This document shows positions 39,705 through 45,727 of a stretch of DNA of 45,727 nt, piece by piece. The position numbers and the translations under genes are program-made. The first letter of the stretch is position 1. Each line of letters starts with the position of its first letter. The DNA comes from Octopus sinensis (lineage: Eukaryota): positions 1-45,727 of the forward strand of contig NW_021829880.1 in NCBI RefSeq assembly GCF_006345805.1. The letters run 5' to 3'. Under the pieces are notes generated by a model. That model saw only the letters and a program-made list of their open reading frames with translations. It did no database searches and was not told the origin of the DNA.

Positions 39705-40663
39705 TGTATGTATGTATGCGTACGTATTTATCTGTGCGTGTTTCACTGTTTACCTGGTCGTCATCAATCTCTCCCTTCCCCCCTCTCCGATCCCTTCCCC
39801 TCTCTCTCCTCTCTCTTTATATATGGTTTTTCAATGTTCCTTTGCCTATATATCCATATGCGCGCACGCGCGTGCTACCTTCTCTTGATGATGATGATGA
39901 TGATGATGTTGCTGATGATGATAAGACTGTATGTACGTGCGTGCGTCATTGGATAAGAACAGATAAGTTTCCACGTGCCAGGCCTAAGCAGATGGCTTCA
40001 GTTCTACACATTGCTACAACCACCGCCACCACCGCAATTCTAGTAGTTGTAGTAGTAGTAGTAGTAGCAGCAGCGGTGGTGGTGGTGGTGGTGGTAAGTG
40101 TAGTAAACCAAATCATATTACCTTACCATATTACAAATAAAACTTCCTCAGTTACACGCAGATTGCGTGCAAGTGTGCGTGTGTGCGTGTGTGTGTATTT
40201 GTGTGTGTTTGTGTGTTTATTTATGTTGGGGATCCTGTTTGTATTTATTTACATTCTTTATGCCTATTGGTATGCATTTCAATATTGCGAATATCCTTGT
40301 GTGTGTGTGTGTGTGTGTGTGTGAATGTCTGTGTGTGTGTGTTGTGTGTGTGTGTGTGTGTATTCGGTGCTCCAGCATGGCCGCAGTCAAATTACTGAAA
40401 CAATTAAAAGAGTAAAAGAATACAGTCCGGTTCGGCTGTATGTGGCTTAAAGTTTCGCCGGTTTCTGACAAGCCCAGCTCGTCCAGGTCCAAATTACCGA
40501 AGGGCAGCAAAGGAAGTCCAAGATGGCTACTGGAAAATGGGCTGCAATTGTGCAATTGGGAAAGGTGGATTGCATGGTGTTGTTAGAAGGGACATCAGCG
40601 ACAACAGATCCATTAGAAAGGAACTTCCTGTCCAGCCGTGCACCTTCGTATCTATCGTTGTCC

Positions 40664-40696
<33 letters not shown>

Positions 40697-40716
40697 CATA
40701 CATGTGTGTGTGTGTG

Positions 40717-41012
40717 GAGGCGCAATGACCCAGTGGTTAGGGCAGCAGACTCGCGGTTGTAGGATCGCGGTTTCGATTCCCAGACCGGGTGTTTTGAGTA
40801 TTTATTGAGCCAAAAAACACCTAAAAGCTCCTGCAGGGTGTTGGGGCGATCCCTCATTCGCTACAACTCTCTCTCACTCTTTCTTCTGTTGGCCTGCTCG
40901 CTTAGCCTGTGGGGTGGCATCATTTGAAGGCTAAAACAATGCAAGGGGCATTGTTACCAGCGATGTGTAGCAACATCTGATAGCCTGGTCGGTCACAGTG
41001 ATCACGGTGATA
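40717..41012 (+). mobile_element. SINE family C, full length
   Basis: GGAGGCGCAATGACCCAGTGGTTAGGGCAGCAGACTCGCGG...CTGATAGCCTGGTCGGTCACAGTGATCACGGTGA; homologous to 36795-37110. Confidence 0.9.
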
Positions 41013-41104
41013 TATATATATATATATATATATAGATTGATACATACATACATACATAATTATATATAGATGCATACATGCATGCATGCATACATATACA
41101 TATA

Positions 41105-41898
41105 TGTGGCCTGATCAGTTAGTATCCAGACTGTTCCTATAGTAACGAAGCTAAAGCATGGAGAGTAAAGCCGCATAGCATAGATTGACCTTGACCTCTG
41201 CTATGCTTGCACACTTAGTTTTCACTCTGTAGCTCACTTCCGCTGTTTACAGCAGTCCTTCTAAGGAAGGTGTGTAGCGTGTGATCGTCGCATTGACCAT
41301 GATAAAATTGAGCAGAGAATCTGCATGAAATCTTGTCAAAAGCTTGGCGATACCTGTTCAGAGGCAAAGTTTTCAAAACATTTTAATCTTTCTTGTCACA
41401 AGCAAGATTTCTGCAACTGAAATCTGAGTGTCCTTTTGGTCAGCTGAAAGCAGTTTTGGCACAAAGTTTGCAGACAGGCATCCCATATAGAAATCTCAGT
41501 GATACTGGGCTGAACTAAACCGTAACTAATCTGCACATCCTCTGATAACTCATGCAGGGTGATTCAACAATTTCCCCTCCCGCTGCACCCACATCTAGGA
41601 AATGTTTCAATTTCTCGTATACTTGCGTGCCTATCATACACTCCTCTCCATACACTTTCTCCAACTTTGTGTAGGCCACTGCGCAGGTATCGCCATGACA
41701 ACTTTTTTTTATTGGTCAATGCGACGATCACACGCTACGCACCTTCCTTCGAAGCATTGCTGTAAACAGCGGAAGTAAGCTAGAACGTTAAAACTGAGTG
41801 CGCATGCACAATGGAATTCACGGTCAATCTTGGCCAAGCTGCTTTACTCTGCAGGCTTTAACTGCGTTACCATGGTTTTCAGTCCGGATACTTATTGA
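41105..41898. mobile_element. Two mariner 5' ends joined in opposite orientation
   Basis: Plus arm: TIR, 5' UTR and KIEQRICMKSCQKLGDTCSE. Minus arm: TIR remnant, GDTCAVAYTKLEKVYGEECM and CLSANFVPKLLSADQKDTQ. Arms 41113-41299 and 41712-41898 are diverged inverted homologues. Confidence 0.8.
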
Positions 41899-42100
41899 GC
41901 TGGCAGAATCGTTAGCACGCCGGACGAAATGTTTAGCGGTATTTCGTCTGCCATTACGTTCTGAGTTCAAATTCCGCCGAGGTCGACTTTGCCTTTCATC
42001 CTTTCGGGGTCGATAAATTAAGTACCACTTGCGTACTGGGGCCGATCTAATCGACTAGCTCCCTCCCCCAAAATTTCAGGCCTTGTGCCTTGAGTAGAAA
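41897..42100 (+). mobile_element. SINE family A, abutting a mariner TIR
   Basis: Nearly identical to 16984-17200 over the head and core. Confidence 0.9.
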
Positions 42101-42217
42101 AGATATATATTCATGTATGTATGCGATAGCGCGGACATTGCATTAGTTATAACGTATTTATAGAAATGTTGATTTGGTTCTAGATTCCTTGGAGGTTTCC
42201 ATGCTGTTTTCGTCTTC

Positions 42218-42330
<113 letters not shown>

Positions 42331-43329
42331 GAATTCATACACGATATACGGCGGATACTCTGGTGGTGCTGGTATTTATTACTCGTAAACATAAGAATTC
42401 ATTCGTCATGTTGCATCCGGGCCTTTTGTCTGTTCTGTAAGTGCTTTATGATACTCTTTAGTGTTAGTTCGAAAATGTAGAAAACAAAAACAAAAAAAAC
42501 AAAAAAAAAACAAAAAAAAAACATTCAATTAGGTTTATAGTTAACAGATGATGTTTTGGTTGTAATGAAATGCCTTTTCTGACTGCGCGTGTTATTAAGA
42601 ACGTTAGCGTGCGCTTAGTTTATCTCCATGATGATTTTGTTAGGAACTGTATGGAATTCAGATCTGAGACAATCTGAGGGAAACGTTTTGGCGCAGCTGT
42701 TTTGCCGTCGCTTATTCGACATCGCTGGCTGGTTCGAGGATGACTTATTTGACATCCGACGTTTCAATGTTTTCCTCGTTTTCTGTCTCTCCTCTGTTCT
42801 TCTTTTTGCTTATGTGTGTGAACATATTTCTCGCGTGTGTGTGTTCACCTCTAGTGCCAGAAAGTGCAGCTACCAAACAGCTGCGCCCAATCGTCCCGTC
42901 TCTTCCTTAAACTATTGGTTGGTTCTTCAATTCTGTTATTTATTGTCTCTCGTCTGCAAGTGTTTGTTTCCTTAAATTTAAAAAAAAATTCCATTAAATA
43001 TTTTGCCATTTTATTCCGTATTACTTCACAGATTAAACTGTTGACACATTCCTTCATTTTCAGCTTGGGATAAGGTTTCACCATTGTTTAGAAAAGGGAG
43101 TATTTGTCTTACATTTATCTTTAGCTATTGTTCTCTGTTCTCTATACCCTGATGTCTATGTCCCACCCGCCTCCTACTGACGTCTGCGTACCTCGGTGAA
43201 AATATTTGAAATATTTTGCTATGGTGAACTTGTCCTGTTACCATCTCAGAATGCTTTACGTGTTGGGTTCATCAATGGGATGAAATATATTTTGGGAGCG
43301 GTAGTGAGGTTAGTTACCATTTCTAATGC

Positions 43330-43354
43330 AGCAGCAGCAGCAGCAGTGATAGTA

Positions 43355-43417
<63 letters not shown>

Positions 43418-43690
43418 AAGAAGTAGAAGTAGTAGTAGAAGTAGTAGTAGTTACAGATCTGGTGACCTCTGCATCATTATATCCATAGTAGTAGTAGTCG
43501 TAGTAATAGTAGTAGCTGGGTAGTGGTAGCAGTAGTAGTGGTAGTTGTTGTAGAAGTAGTAGCAGCAGTAGTAGCAGGAGTAGTTGAAGATTATAGCTTC
43601 GCATCAACCATACTAGTAATAGTAATACTAATGTTGGTGGTAGTAGTAGTAGTAGTAGTGGTAGTAGTTGTGGTGGTAGTCCTGGTGGTG
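43330..43690. repeat. (AGT)n tract
   Basis: Direct reading. Confidence 0.9.
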
Positions 43691-45454
43691 GTCTCTGCTT
43701 CGTAACATATCCGGAGAAAAGAACTTTCTCGGGTTTGTTTTTCTTCTTTCCGACCAAATTTCCAAGAACTCCACAACGCTGTCTTCATTTCAAGAACTTT
43801 TCTTTCTCTTCCATTTGTTTTACAAATCTCCATTCCATTCGTTTACAAGTATAAATCGACGACCATAATAATAATAATAATAATATAATATCGAATGTTT
43901 TGGTAAATATTAGTAAAACTTACGTTAACGATCCATTATCACATGGGATCTCTTTCTCACTCGCTTTCTCTTCCTCCTCTCTCTCTCTACATCTCTCCCT
44001 CTCTACACGTCTCTCTCTCTCTCATTCTTTTCTTTGCCGAATATAAAATGTTGATGTTCGCCATTTTGTGTTTATTCTCTGATATAGAATTACTTCTTGC
44101 CAGTAGAATTGGATGAAAATTTCGATGTTACTTATTTTCTTTGTGGTTTCAGGACTTATTCTGAATATATTTTTTTGTATTTTGTAGCAGCAGAGAACTG
44201 AGAGTTCCTTATGGTTTTGGTTATTTTTCTATGAATATGAAGACGAGTAGTTGTTTGTATTTGTTTTGCGCATGGAATATTTTTTAAAAGTTAGGAGAGT
44301 GGTGAGTGCTTGCAAGAAGAAATTTAAGATTTCCAAAATTTCTTTTGATTCCACTTGAATTGCATTTTGGTTATTTCTGTGGCTGACTTGAAAGAACCAA
44401 AGAAAACACGAAAATACATGGTATACACAAACACACACACACATAAACACACACATACATAAACACATACATACGTAAATTCGTACATTTTCATCTACGA
44501 AATTCTCTGCATTATGGTCTGATATGTAAGACCTTCTCTACTCTGATGACGGAGGTTCGCCTTATCCAATGTTAATTGCAACCTTACGGCTGCATATTGT
44601 GATGAACTACATCTACTAGCATTATTATGTATTTCTGAGCTTCCAGAAACAGCTGTTGAACTTATAACAACTTTCTTCCACCCATTTGATTTTCTCCATT
44701 GTTTGTATCCTTTCTAAGTTGAACCTATTGATATAAATATCTTTAAATTTTGTGCGGTATGTGCGTACGTATGTTTGTATGCATGTATGTATGTATGTAT
44801 GTATGTATGTATGTATGTATGTATGTATGTATGTATATATGTATATATATATATATTTAACTGTACGTGTCTATATATGTATAGATCTATCTGCTTTTCT
44901 ATCGATCTATCTATCTACCAATCTAAATATGTATACATGTATGTATATGTGTTAGTAATGTGTGTGTGTGTTAGCGTTATGTCTATCGTCGTGCATGTAT
45001 GTGTGTGTTATTCATACATGAATAATAATATGCGACTCAAAATTTCCAATTCAGATTTGAAATTTAAATTATGTTCCCGGACTAAAGATCGGAATACACA
45101 GGGAATAGAAGCTTCACTGTTATTTTATTGTAGACATTCGCTGGTTGCATATATAATGTCTATATCAAAGACGAAGCGAACATCGAGTATCCGGCACAAT
45201 ACTCCGCACAGAATTCTCGGCGGATACTCACGTTTGAAACATCGTTTTCATTATCAGCATTATATATGCATTCGCAAGATTATTGCGCAAAAGACATAAA
45301 AAAGAAATGAAATATAATTAAATTTCAGCTTTATGCATATATTTGTATATCTGCATGTATGTGTGTACATACGTATGCATGTGTATGTGTGAGTGCACTT
45401 GGATATATGTGTGTGAGTGTGTTTGTGTATGCATAGTGGTGTATATAAGTATGC

Positions 45455-45501
<47 letters not shown>

Positions 45502-45686
45502 TATTATATATGGGTGTGTGTGTGTGTATTATGTCTCATTGCTTGTGTATACATGACTACGTATACATAATGCGGACAAAATTATATACACACGCACATT
45601 TGTATGTTTGTTTGGCTTGCATACATCAATCTCTCTCTCATTACATACACAGACACATCTATATGTAAATATGTGTGTGTATATGA

Positions 45687-45727
<41 letters not shown>

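Overview
This is AT-rich animal genomic DNA saturated with microsatellites (AAT, GAT, GGT, TATC, CA, TA) and old transposons. The tRNA-derived SINE families and repeat density point to an octopus genome (inference). Nearly all ORFs in the track are translated microsatellites, and I cannot name any host gene; only exon-like islands are visible. Recognisable elements: two R4/Dong-type RLE retrotransposon 3' fragments, three Tc1/mariner remnants, a Helitron remnant, many SINEs and a tRNA-iMet pseudogene. Main result: a cluster of type I hammerhead ribozyme (HHR) motifs. A ~530-bp unit tandemly repeated about 3 times at 27863-29432 carries one HHR per unit on the minus strand, a retrozyme-like layout predicting a ~525-535 nt self-excised RNA. 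A second intact-looking HHR at 36543-36589 sits in the loop of a 92-bp inverted repeat, and further degenerate HHRs occur at 20.8k, 36.3k and possibly 33.2k. Several of these elements share a CCCT...AATT 3' end next to (TA)n. All folding and alignments were done by eye.
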